A DNA stretch of 63,458 bases, filler included, from Nemertoderma westbladi (GCA_032718475.1; 4 parts of 4 records of this genome joined end to end with filler, not necessarily neighbours in it); one strand, 5' to 3'. Positions 51,213 through 62,314 are shown, counted from the first letter of the whole stretch. Numbers and translations: made by a program. The notes: a model not told the origin generated them from the sequence alone.

Positions 51213-53775
51213 ATGGCAAGCAAACTCGTGCGAAAGAGAAAGGCGGAGCTAGGAGGAAAGGAGATACTGGTGGATTTCACCAAGAGGCATCCGGAAGAGA
51301 GGACGAGGGGATACTATGAGCGGTTAGAAAAGGGTCACGCAGCATGAGCGCTACAGGACCACTTCAGGGAGATGCATGAACAGCGGCTGGTCGGGACCTA
51401 CGGGACGCCGTCGCTGGACAACGCGATCTTTGAGCATTTCCACTACATGGTGAAAGGAGATGAGGCGAAGTTCGGGAGTCCGAAGTATGCGAGAGAGTCA
51501 CCGAGGAAAGATTGGAAGAGGTTCATAGAGTCCGTCAACAGGGGAGGATACATGATCCTAGACGACGAAGGGACCGTGGAAGACGAGGAGGGTTCAAGGA
51601 GAGGATCGGCGGGATTGGCCAGAACCATACTCCTACATTTGGCCGCGCCAAACGGGGACATTTTCCTATTTGACCTGGGAACGTATGGGAAGAAGGATGG
51701 GCCGAAGTTGGACCGGCTGCCGAGGGCGGTGCAGGTCCTGGTGAGAGAGAAGTCGACAACGAAAGTGGGATCGGCGATTCGCGACGACGCGGAGAGAATC
51801 ATCGGTCTGGACACCCCCAACCTCCTGGATATGCAGAAGGTCTTCATGGCTATGACAGCACCAGACGGGTTGGGACTAGTCGAGAACACAGGCCATTGCG
51901 GAGCGGTGGCGATGGGCCAGCTATTGGGGCTCGTATGTCACAAACCGATGGACTGGGGGAAGTTCAGGGAAGAGTACGGAGCAGAACTAGCGAACTCGCT
52001 GAAGTGGGGAGCGAGGCCGGGAAAACAGGAGGTGTATCAATTCCGAAGAGGAGCGATTAAGGTATATCAGAAGCGATATATCCTGCAGGAGGATTGGATA
52101 ATGATAAGTTTGCTTAACTTATTCATAACCATGGTTATCGAGAGGGAACCAGCTATTCTTATTATCGGGATCACCCCTAAGCTACAGAAGAGCCTTTAAG
52201 ATGGCTTTCGATGGTCTGGTAGACCACCCGGGGCTAAAGGGCGAGTCGGTGTACTACAACAGCCGACATCTGGTAGACTGGGAGATAGATACGCCGTATC
52301 AGAGATGGGAGCAGCTAGAGACGGATAGACGGGAGGCGAAGTGACTGGAAGAAGTTGCTAGACGGGAGAGGAGAGAAGCAGAGGAAAGGGAGGAGGAAGC
52401 TAGGGCGCAGAGCTACGGCTTCGAGGAACAGGCGGGCTTAGATGAACTTCGTTGGACTTCGTCAGTGAGTTCGGGGGAGTCTCTAGGGTGAGAACTGGGA
52501 TGGACGGTGGGATCGCCGAAACAGTCGACGTCGGGATTGCAAACGACGCCCATACCAGCGGGCGCCGAGGGGGACCAGCCGCTAAGGAAGCTAGGGGAGC
52601 TAGAGGGATGGAGAGCTACGGGCGAGAGCCAAGGCGGGAAGGGACATAGTGGGTCCATCGGGATACCGGGGTTGGAGCCACTGCCAGAGGAGGACGAAGA
52701 CGACGACGAGTTCGGAGAGATGCCGCCCATCGGGAGGATATGCCACTCGGACACGGACTGGGTTGGCGAGAGGGTGGTGACGGCCAGTGGGGCGAGGGCC
52801 TTCTGGGATAGACCCGGCAAGCGGGCCTGGGTGCACGAGGAGCCGGCGATGGATTTCGCGGGGAGCACTATCAGGTTGGGCGAACAACCGGGGACAGCAC
52901 CACGGGTAATATTCGGGGAGACGATGCACGAGAGGGGCGAGGAAATCGACGTAGACAGGGACACTAACGTCCGGAAGTTCGCTTACCAGCGACTCCACAG
53001 ACCGCGGAGATCGCTTGGGACGAAGGACGACGTGGGGAGGGAGACATTGGTACTTGGTTGCGACTACTGTGGGAGACAGACCCACCAGGAAAGGAGCTGT
53101 TTGTACCGGTTCCAGAAAGGGACTTATTGTCTCTATTACCGCGAGTCGAGCCACAGGATAGGGGCGTGTCCACGGTTGCATAACCGATGTTCGAAATGTA
53201 ACTTTCGGGGACATTACGGACGCCAGTGCGACTGGATGGACGACGAAGAGAAGTTTAGGGTCTTCGAAGAATGGGCCGACGTTGGGGCGATGACTCAGCA
53301 ACGTATGAAGGCCCAGGAGTTTCGGTGGGGCTTCTTTAACATCAATCAGGAGGCTCACATGGAGATTATCAAACGGAGGCTTCCGTTTACCTACCAGGAA
53401 GTGGCGACGGCGGCATCATATGCCGGGGTGATAAATACGCAGAGGTATTTGGACAGGTGGACGCCACAGAGTAGAGGAGAGTTTAGGGATTTCTTGGCAG
53501 AGCATGTGCCGCGGGCAATGAAGATGATCTTATGGGACGCCATCAGGGGGAGACAACAGGGCCACTCGGAAGGGCCACCCGCAAAGCGATACCGGGAGCT
53601 AATAACACCGGCACCCAAGGAGTCGACGACCGGGATCAGTAAGGAGGTGGCGGCGAGAGTCCGAAGGCAGAAAGCAGATCCCAGGGGAGCGGTAGTAACC
53701 AGGAAACAACCCAGGGAGGAGGACGGCAAAGGGAAAGACTGGAGGTGGTTCCCAAAGGCTGGTGGAACGAACTAA
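51213..53775 (+). pseudogene. Retrotransposon accessory gene: WRN/EXD-like DEDDy 3'-5' exonuclease plus three CCHC zinc knuckles
   Basis: ATG at 51213; TGA stops at 51345, 52342 and 52489 and one frameshift before about 52200 join the track ORFs 51372-52199 and 52507-53775; motifs ILDDEG, LLHLAAPNGDIFLFDL, LPRAVQVLVREKSTTKVGSAIRDD, QKRYILQED; knuckles at 53059-53229. Confidence 0.78.
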
Positions 53776-54289
53776 GACTTTGTGTAACATGCCTGGAAGG
53801 CACCACGCGAGACTCTTAAATACAAATTCAAATAATGTGAATAATCGAATAAGTGCAATTTGTATGTACGTACGTAATAATCAGTAATCTAGTGATAAAA
53901 ATATATTCGAAGTAAGTACTATAGTCATATAACCTTTCTCAATTAGCTACTGGGACTGGGGACCAATGGACTATGATACTACCACGGACGAGACATCGGA
54001 CGACATCATGCTTCTTGAGTGCGACGGCACAAAAGGGAGGGGTGAAACTCGTCGGGAGTGAGTGGTCAGAATAGGGGTTGAGTTGTAGTATGAAGAGAGT
54101 GCGGGGTATAGAGAGAGTGCGAGCGCAATTCAAGTGTGGGGGGGGGGGGAGAAGTAAGAGGCAGATTAAGGGACGAGGAAGTTCGAGAGAGTGTAAGAGT
54201 TGGGGTGAGAGTAGAGTAGAGTTGGAGTAGCGAAAGTGATTGGGGAAACAAAAGTCGTGTGGGAGGAGCGCACGATCGGCCCGACACGG

Positions 54290-54453
54290 GACGCCAGGCA
54301 AACGGGTAGCATTATCATACCCATAGGGAGCGGCCTGGAAAGCCGGCTCCGAAAGAAAAAATAGTTCCACCCCACACCCGACACTAGGTCGGGATCCAGC
54401 GGAATTGTAGCGCACTAGAGGTAGATGCTATCTTCTCACCGGGAAGATAGCAT
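54290..54453 (+). ncRNA. Putative structured cis-acting RNA element upstream of the PPT
   Basis: Series of hairpins conserved in the diverged copy at about 59371-59560 (-), with compensatory substitutions. Confidence 0.55.
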
Positions 54454-54463
54454 GGGGGGGGAG
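54454..54463 (+). promoter_or_regulatory. Polypurine tract
   Basis: GGGGGGGGAG directly before the TGT LTR start; GGAGGGAG at the same place in element 2. Confidence 0.8.
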
Positions 54464-55035
54464 TGTTAGCTTATCCAATTCCGCTAACCTACCCCATAAA
54501 GTGAGCCGTTAAGCAATATTGGGAACACGAGGTTTATTACCAATATCAACCTCGTGTCACCCCAACAAAGTGGGAATGGAGAAAACACACACACACACGC
54601 ACAATAAGTGTCAGGGGTTACACCCCTGAAAGAGGGAGAATAGCAGGGGCGAAGGGAAGCACTTCAGGGGAGGCAAAGGGTGACAACAGAGTTATTAGCC
54701 AATGGGGGGAAGGCACCGGCTGGGTAACGTAACTTGGCCAACCGTGCGATATATATTATCAGTACAGTAATCATTTCATTCACTTATAGTAAGTCAGCTT
54801 AGCTAGGGTAGTACCGGAACTTCAATTACCGTCTTACCGTCTTCGTATACCATCCGTGTATCCAATATCATATCTTATACCTTGTGTCATTATTTATGTA
54901 TCTTATACTATATCTATACTATTATACCCGGAAGACTATATACAGCGATCAATAACTCTCTTTATCTTTCACACACGGCGGGGACGCGTAGATTGAAAAC
55001 CGGATAAACCGGGATCCTTCATAGATCCCGTCACA
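54464..55035 (+). repeat. 3' LTR (572 bp)
   Basis: TGT...ACA ends; follows the PPT; terminal GATCCCGTCACA is identical to the end of LTR 2. Confidence 0.8.
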
Positions 55036-55169
55036 ATAAACTTTAAGCAAGGTGTTATCGGCAAACATCCTGCTATCTGTAAAGCAGAATATACACTGAA
55101 CAAAGAAATGTCGCAATGCAGCTTAAAACTTGCTTAGTATCGAATGAAAATAATTCTTAAAACGGAGGG

Positions 55170-55397
55170 TGGGGGGAAACTGGACGCAATAAAAATTCAT
55201 CCCTCTCCAGGGGAAAATTAGACGCAAATATCAGTTGATTACTCTCAAAAATAAAACTGTAATCTGTTCTATTGTATTTAGTTTATTGTTTTGGGTAAAA
55301 TAACGTGCCACTGTAACCTGCTCCTTTCCCTAAATTGAGAATTTAACATTGAGGCGGGATATTAATTCGCTAAGACGGTATTTGCGTCCAGTTCCCC
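55170..55397. mobile_element. Small dispersed MITE-like repeat
   Basis: Imperfect inverted ends GGGGAA(A)CTGGACGCAA; a diverged copy lies in the host gene intron at about 28050-28250. Confidence 0.55.
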
Positions 55398-56121
55398 GCC
55401 CCCCCCCCCCCCCCCCCCTGTCTCCCATTACGTACCTTCCCTCTCTCGGCGTAGCCAATTCGTTACATCGCTACTCATACTTAACATACTGAACTGGAAG
55501 ATACTGTAGGACAACGAATGTTCTCTTTGTTCTGAATGTCTCATTCTCTTTGATTGAGCAGCTGCTACTGTACAGTACTGTGCATACAGCAGTTAACTAT
55601 TAATTGTTGGAACTCCCTTGTTGCCTGTTGGTTTAAAGTAATTTTTACTAACAATGACCGTTTAGAAACCCTTACATGTAACTTCATTGAAAGAATAAAC
55701 TTATAACTTCAAAAGACAATTGGTTGCTTTTAATTGCAACATCTAAAGAATTGAGTTTGTTTGAAGATCAAAAAAAAATTTATTTAACAGCATTCTAGAC
55801 AGCAACGCAATTGGGGCTAATACAGAGCAAAGTAACAATGAATAGACAATGCAGAACAGCAATAATCAAGACTTAAGGCACTACCTGTTTAACTGTATAT
55901 GATGTATACTGTAGAAGTTATCAATCGACTAGGTTGCGGTTGGTGAGGTATGGAAAACAGGAGTGCTGAACATACCATTATTGGATGTTTGTAACCGGAA
56001 GCAACCAAAAGAGGGAAACTCATCAATTTGTACTAAAAATCAAATAAAGCCTCAAGTCAACAAGTCAAGTCAAATGAGCGCATATATTTTTTCCACCACT
56101 GCTTAGCAAAACAATATTAAC

Positions 56122-58265
56122 GCATAGCATTATAGCACATTACATTAATAACTGTATACCATAGCATCATAGCACGTTACAATAATATCTGTATAGCATA
56201 GCATTATAGCACGTTACATTAATAACTGTATGTATAGCATAGCATCATAGCATGTTACAATAATAACTGTATAGCATAGCATTATAGCACGTTACATTAA
56301 TAACTGTATAGCATAGCATCATAGCACGTTACATTAATAATTGTATAGCATAGCATTATAGCACGTTACATTAATAACTGTATGTATAGCATAGCATCAT
56401 AGCATGTTACAATAATAACTGTATACTGTAGCATAGCATTATAGCACGTTACAATAATAACTGTATACTGTAGCATAGCATAATAGCACGTTACATTAAT
56501 AACTGTATAGCATAGCATTATAGCACGTTACAATAATAACTGTATATCATAGCATCATAGCACGTTACAATAATAACAAACTGTATACTGTAGCATAGCA
56601 TTATATCATGTTACAATAATAAATGTATACTGTAGCATAGCATAATAGCACGTTACATTAATAACTGTATAGCATAGCATTATAGCACGTTACATTATTA
56701 ACTGTATAGCATAGTATTATAGCACGTTACAATAATAACTGTATAGCATAGCATTATAGCACGTTACAATAATAACTGTATACTGTAGCATAGCATTATA
56801 GCACGTTACATTAATAACTGTATAGCATAGCATTATAGCACGTTACAATAATAACTGTATACTGTAGCATAGCATAATAGCACGTTACATTTATAACTGT
56901 ATAGCATAGCATTATAGCACGTTACAATAATAACTGTATATCATAGCATCATAGCACGTTACAATAATAACAAACTGTATACTGTAGCATAGCATTATAG
57001 CACGTTACAATAATAAATGTATACTGTAGCATAGCATAATAGCACGTTACATTAATAACTGTATAGCATAGCATTATAGCACGTTACATTATTAACTGTA
57101 TAGCATAGTATTATAGCACGTTACAATAATAACTGTATAGCATAGCATTATAGCACGTTACAATAATAACTGTATACTGCAGCATAGCATTATAGCACGT
57201 TACATTAACTGTATAGCATAGCATTATAGCACGTTACAATAATAACTGTATACTGTAGCATAGCATAATAGCACGTTACATTAATAACTGTATAGCATAG
57301 CATTATAGCACGTTACAATAATAACTGTATATCATAGCATCATAGCACGTTACAATAATAACTGTATACTGTAGCATAGCATTATAGCACGTTGCAATAA
57401 TAAATGTATACTGTAGCATAGCATAATAGCACGTTACATTAATAACTGTATAGCAAAGCATTATAGCACGTTACATTATTAACTGTATAGCATAGTATTA
57501 TAGCACGTTACAATAATAACTGTATACTGTAGCATAGCATTATAGCACGTTACAATAATAACTGTATTGTGTAGCATCATAGCATGTTACAATAATAACT
57601 ATATAGCATAGCATTATAGCACGTTACAATAATAACTGTATAGCATAGCATTATAGCACGTTACAATAATAACTGTATACTGTAGCATAGCATTATAGCA
57701 CGTTACAATAATAACTGTATACTGTAGCATAGCATAATAGCACGTTACATTAATAACTGTATAGCATAGCATTATAGCACGTTACAATAATAACTGTATA
57801 TCATAGCATCATAGCACGTTACAATAATAACTGTATACTGTAGCATAGTATTATAGCACGTTACAATAATAAATGTATACTGTAGCATAGCATAATAGCA
57901 CGTTACATTAATAACTGTATAGCATAGCATTATAGCACGTTACATTATTAACTGTATAGCATAGTATTATAGCACGTTACAATAATAACTGTATACTGTA
58001 GCATAGTATTATAGCACGTTACATTAATAACTGTATAGCATAGTATTATAGCACGTTACAATAATAACTGTATAGCATAGCATTATAGCACGTTACATTA
58101 ATAACTGTATACTGTAGCATAGCATTATAGCACGTTACAATAATAAATGTATACTGTAGCATAGCATAATAGCACGTTACATTAATAACTGTATAGCATA
58201 GCATTATAGCACGTTACAATAATAACTGTATACTGTAGCATAGCATTATAGCACGTTACATTAAT
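56122..58265. repeat. 37/42-bp satellite, about 55 copies, with higher-order structure
   Basis: Unit GCATAGCATTATAGCACGTTACA(A/T)TAATAACTGTATA, with a variant carrying an extra CTGTA. Confidence 0.95.
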
Positions 58266-58729
58266 ACATCTGAACATCCACAAAGAACTTAGTTGTACCA
58301 ATAAACTACAGTATAGTGGAGTCAGTCTCCTTATGGTTGAAGCCAAATTACAATAGTACAATACTAATAATAGTACTGTAGTACTCTAGTAACCCGTTTA
58401 GTGACCCGTATACACCAATCAATTCGATTCGATATAGAATTATACCTCGAATATAGAGAAACTACTGAGTAAGGGAGCGATTTTGCCGTTCTGACCTTCG
58501 TGAAGTTTAAGAATGCATTCTACTCCAATGTTGTTAAATTTGCCAAACGAGATAACATCAGATCTAAATAAGCTAGTGCGGCGTATAACCCAAACATAGG
58601 GAGCATGAAATATATCGGCTTACTAGAATTAGGCTGGTTATGTATCATTCGATTGATTGATTTTTGCTATATAATTCCTAACAATTATGTTCACTTACAG
58701 GGAGACAGGGGGGGGGGGGGGGGGGGGGG

Positions 58730-59694
58730 TGTGACGGGATCAAGGAGTTGGCAGTATAGATCCCGACCGGTGTGTTATACGCGTCGCCGCTTCCGTGGGC
58801 TGCTGAGCTGTCTACTGGATATGTGTGGTAGGCTGAAGGCCGTTCCAAATAACTGAGTTTAGTTGTCAGTGTTAATAATCACAGTAAACGATAATAGCAC
58901 AGTCTGAATATAATAGCATGCAATACAACGGTTAGTAACGACGGTCAAAACTGTTCCGGTCTCACAACTGTAAGGAACCAACTGAACTAGTAATCAATAA
59001 CCACAACGGTTATAATATCATTGACACATATTAAATTGCCTCTGCGCTACTGAGTGGCCTGAATATCCAATAGATGCGCTCTAATCACCCCCAATGTGCT
59101 TTCCCGGACACCATTGGCTTAGCCTGATTAATTGTCACCTCGCCACTCCCTGTTGCCATTATCCCTCGTGCTAGCCTTACTAGCTTGTTTGTCCCTCTGA
59201 GGTGGTTTGACCTCTCAACTCTCTCTGTGGCTTATGGCGTGTATCGCCTTAGTTGGTTGTGAGGTGACATTATAATTTGTAATGTCACCTCGCCAACTAT
59301 AATTGGTAAAATGCCACTAATACCATTTTCGGTGGGTAGTGCAGGGAATTGAATCCGCTTACACTCCCTCCATGCTATCTTCCCGGTGAGAAGATAGCCT
59401 CAACCTTGAGTGCGCTTCAATTCCGCTGGAATCCAATCTAATATTGGATGTGGGGTGGAAATTTCTTCTCGGGGTTGGCTTTCCAGGCCGGCCCCCATGA
59501 GTCTGTTATCATTATACCCATCCTTGGTACATCTGCGAGCTATGCTGTACCAAGGCATCTGGCGTCTCTGTTTTAGATGATCACCCTCACTCCTCACACA
59601 GTTTTCCTCTCGGACTTTGTTGTCCCTTCCTCTCTCGCCAGTCCATTGGGACTCATCCCCCTCTATGCTCGCTCCCCATACTTGAATCTCACTT
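58730..59694 (-). mobile_element. Second, related LTR retrotransposon 3' end (3' UTR, PPT, LTR 58730-59363)
   Basis: Minus strand reads ...GAAGATAGCATGGAGGGAG TGTAAGC...GATCCCGTCACA; 3' UTR homologous to about 54120-54463; the rest is lost in the gap. Confidence 0.82.
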
Positions 59695-59794
59695 NNNNNN
59701 NNNNNNNNNNNNNNNNNNNNNNNNNNNNNNNNNNNNNNTTAATTAATTAANNNNNNNNNNNNNNNNNNNNNNNNNNNNNNNNNNNNNNNNNNNN
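59695..59794. other. Assembly gap with artificial linker
   Basis: 44 N + TTAATTAATTAA + 44 N. Confidence 0.97.
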
Positions 59795-60066
59795 AGGTTT
59801 CAGAGTATTTTAGCGTATGGGGGAAAAACTGGGTTGCGGGGCGAAGGGCCAGTTACATCCCACAGAAGCTTTTACAAGTATCGAGCTTTTTACGTCATGA
59901 AATTGCAGATTATGTCCTCTAAAGTACAAATACAGTTCAAATACAGAAGAAATGACTTTTATGTCCTCTAAAACACCAGTACAGCAAGGACACGGCCTTT
60001 TTATGCCTGGCAAACCAACTACAGAGTACTTTAAGGGAAAATAACCGGTTAATGACGCAAAAGCTT

Positions 60067-61335
60067 TTACAAGTCCCTCGAAATATCATAATATTCCTGG
60101 TCTGCTCCATCGTTAGATTGATCCAGGTTGGCTGTGGTGCGGTAGGTGGCGTCCGGGAGGTCTGTACCGCGGGTGGCGCTGTCCGGGTTCGCTGTGGCAT
60201 GGTGGGTGGCGTCCGGGAAGTCCGCACCCCGTGTGGCGCAGTCCGGGTTCGCTGTGGTGTGATGGGTGGCGTCCGGGAGATCCGTACCACGGGAGGCGTG
60301 GTCCGGGTTCGCTGTGGTGCGGTGGGTGGCGTCCGAGAGGTCCGTACCATGGGTAGCGCGATCCGGGTTCGCCGTCATGCAGTGGGTGGCGTCCTGGAGG
60401 TCCGCACCACTTGTGGCGCGGTCCGGGCTCGCTGTGGTGTGGTGGGTAGCATCCAGGAGGTCTGTACCGCGGGTGACGCAATCAGGGTTCGCTGTGGCGC
60501 AGTGGGTAGCGTCCGGGAGGTCTGCACTGCGGGTGGCGCGGTCCGAGTTCACTGTGGCGTGATGGGTCGCGTCCGGGAGGTCCGCACCGCGGGTGGCGCG
60601 GTCTGCGTTCGCTGTGGCGCAGTGGGTGGCATCCGGGAGTTCAGCACCACGGGTGGTGCAGTCCGGGTTCGCTGTGGCACGGTGGGTGGTGTCCGGGTAG
60701 TCCGCACCGCGGGTGGCGCGGTTGGTGGCGTCAGGGATTTCCACACCGCGGGTGGCGCAGTCTGGGTTCGCTGTGGCGCGGTGGGTGGTGTCCGGGAGGT
60801 CCGCATTGTCAGTGGCGCGGTCCAGGTTCACTGTGGTGCGGCGCTTGGCCCCACTGGTGTTAGCGCTATCTGAGGTGGAGAGCAGTTTGGAGAAATGAGT
60901 TCTCCATCGTTCTAGGGATATTGGGCAACTAGATTGGTGCGCTGAACTGGTTTGTGTCCACTTGTAAGGGTGTTCCTCTGCGTCCCGTATGACCCGTTCC
61001 TCTTGTTTTGATCTGTAAGCTTCCAGTTTATCAGTTAGGAGTTTCTTGTATTCTCCTTTAGTTGTATGTAACACATGTCGTAACTGGGGATCCAGTTTAG
61101 AAGCGTGAGCAAAATATATTACTTTCTTCCGTTGGTTGAAGCAGTCCTTGTCGAACCAGGGTCGTGCTTTCCTATTAAAGTACGGTTTGTCGATTGCGGC
61201 GTCCTGGATCATGTCAGAGATAGTCGTGTATGCTGAGTCCACATCGTTGGCAGCGAGGTACGTTTCTGTTACTTGGATTCGCGGGTCGATTTTCAGTTGC
61301 TCGAGATTTAGCTTGCGTGTCTTTGTGGAGTGCAT
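60067..61335 (-). CDS. LINE ORF2 linker region fused in frame to a 20-aa repeat (no endonuclease, no RT)
   Basis: ARPWFDKDC...YKKLL...WRTHFSKLL is the typical segment between APE and RT; it is followed by (TANPDRATRGADLPDATHRT)n. Confidence 0.5.
   Translation of the reverse strand: MHSTKTRKLNLEQLKIDPRIQVTETYLAANDVDSAYTTISDMIQDAAIDKPYFNRKARPWFDKDCFNQRKKVIYFAHASKLDPQLRHVLHTTKGEYKKLLTDKLEAYRSKQEERVIRDAEEHPYKWTQTSSAHQSSCPISLERWRTHFSKLLSTSDSANTSGAKRRTTVNLDRATDNADLPDTTHRATANPDCATRGVEIPDATNRATRGADYPDTTHRATANPDCTTRGAELPDATHCATANADRATRGADLPDATHHATVNSDRATRSADLPDATHCATANPDCVTRGTDLLDATHHTTASPDRATSGADLQDATHCMTANPDRATHGTDLSDATHRTTANPDHASRGTDLPDATHHTTANPDCATRGADFPDATHHATANPDSATRGTDLPDATYRTTANLDQSNDGADQEYYDISRDL
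60120..60845. repeat. GC-rich 60-bp tandem repeat, about 12 copies
   Basis: Unit GTCCGGGTTCGCTGTGGYGCGGTGGGTGGCGTCCGGGAGGTCCGCACCGCGGGTGGCGCG; variants are mostly CpG transitions. Confidence 0.93.
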
Positions 61336-61449
61336 TGTGGTGTATTTTCTAGAGGTTCGGTTTCAGATACATGTGGTAGCATCTATTCCATTGTCGCCCC
61401 TGGACGATGGTTGATAGTAGTGGTGGCGGGGTTTCAAGTTAAGCACCGA

Positions 61450-62190
61450 TCATTCCGAGTCAGACAGTCTGTAGTTGCATATGACAACTCCTTCTTCCCA
61501 GTTGTCGGGATCCATTAAGCGTAGGTGGTCTTCATGGCTGCAAATTAGATGGAATGATTGCGTACTACTGATGAGCTGGTCGGGGTTTGTGTGCAGTGAC
61601 GCCGGTATAGAAATGATATCGTTGAACAGTAGGGATTCACGTTGCAGATAAGCCTTGATATCATCCGCTGCGACAGTTTCCGCAAAGCAACCAATATAAA
61701 TATGGGCGACCTGAGGTTGCGGGGATACCACCGGAGCTGGTGAGACTCCCAGACCGCTGCCGGATCTCCTGCCTACAACGTTTGGTCGCGGGCGGAGGAG
61801 GCGGGATCTATATGGTGCCGGGTCTGTCTCTACCGACTGACCAGTGGCCATTGTTTTAGACGGTACAACAGTAGTGGTCGTTTTTGGCGGGATCGTAGCA
61901 CTAGAATAGTCATTGTTGTGGAGTGGGAGTTGAGTTAGGCGGGTGGCCATTGATGGGAAGCTTGTCTGACGCTTTAATAGTTGATTGTGCGCCTCAATCA
62001 TCTCGCGTTGTGACTCCGACAATCTGCCGAGTGCAACAGAGTATAGAGAAACCATTTTCAGCAAGTTATCGGTTATGAGGCGTTCCTGGTCGTTGTTTAG
62101 GTTCTTCTTTTGTTTGACAGACCGCAAGACGTTAATTATTTCATCATTTAAATTGGTGAAGGCTTCTGCCATAATTATGTATTGATACAA
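61450..62190 (-). CDS. LINE ORF1-like protein (coiled coil plus RRM-like C-terminus)
   Basis: Intact 246-aa frame; HIYIGCFAETVAADDIKAYL...SFHL...LMDPDNWEEGVVI matches the CR1/L2/RTE-X ORF1 pattern; lies just upstream of the ORF2 remnant. Confidence 0.68.
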   Translation of the reverse strand: MYQYIIMAEAFTNLNDEIINVLRSVKQKKNLNNDQERLITDNLLKMVSLYSVALGRLSESQREMIEAHNQLLKRQTSFPSMATRLTQLPLHNNDYSSATIPPKTTTTVVPSKTMATGQSVETDPAPYRSRLLRPRPNVVGRRSGSGLGVSPAPVVSPQPQVAHIYIGCFAETVAADDIKAYLQRESLLFNDIISIPASLHTNPDQLISSTQSFHLICSHEDHLRLMDPDNWEEGVVICNYRLSDSE

Positions 62191-62314
62191 TTAATATAAT
62201 ATTCCAACAGGCAGACAGGTCAGTTTAGAGATCAGATAGTCAGATAGCTGTCATCCGCCAGCTAGGCTACAGAGGAATTATATCATTGGCCCTACAGTTA
62301 ATCAATAATGACAG

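Larger units (their letters stand above)
48974..55035 (+). mobile_element. BEL/Pao LTR retrotransposon, 3' part (integrase, accessory gene, PPT, 3' LTR)
   Basis: BEL-type integrase; continuous purine-rich plus strand through to the PPT and a TGT...ACA LTR; 5' part lost in the gap. Confidence 0.85.

Noticed and set aside
51345-52491. Three in-frame TGA codons as possible readthrough or selenocysteine recoding
   Set aside because: A frameshift and an integrase D-to-E change show the copy is decayed; CGA-to-TGA or TGG-to-TGA transitions are the simpler explanation
52600-53358. 252-aa antisense ORF (also 49191-49736, 51443-51889, 52413-52964)
   Set aside because: Shadows of the purine-rich sense coding frames; no recognisable motifs
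60052-60873. 273-aa plus-strand Val/Arg/Gly/Cys repeat protein
   Set aside because: The GC-rich 60-bp repeat is open in several frames; nothing favours this frame
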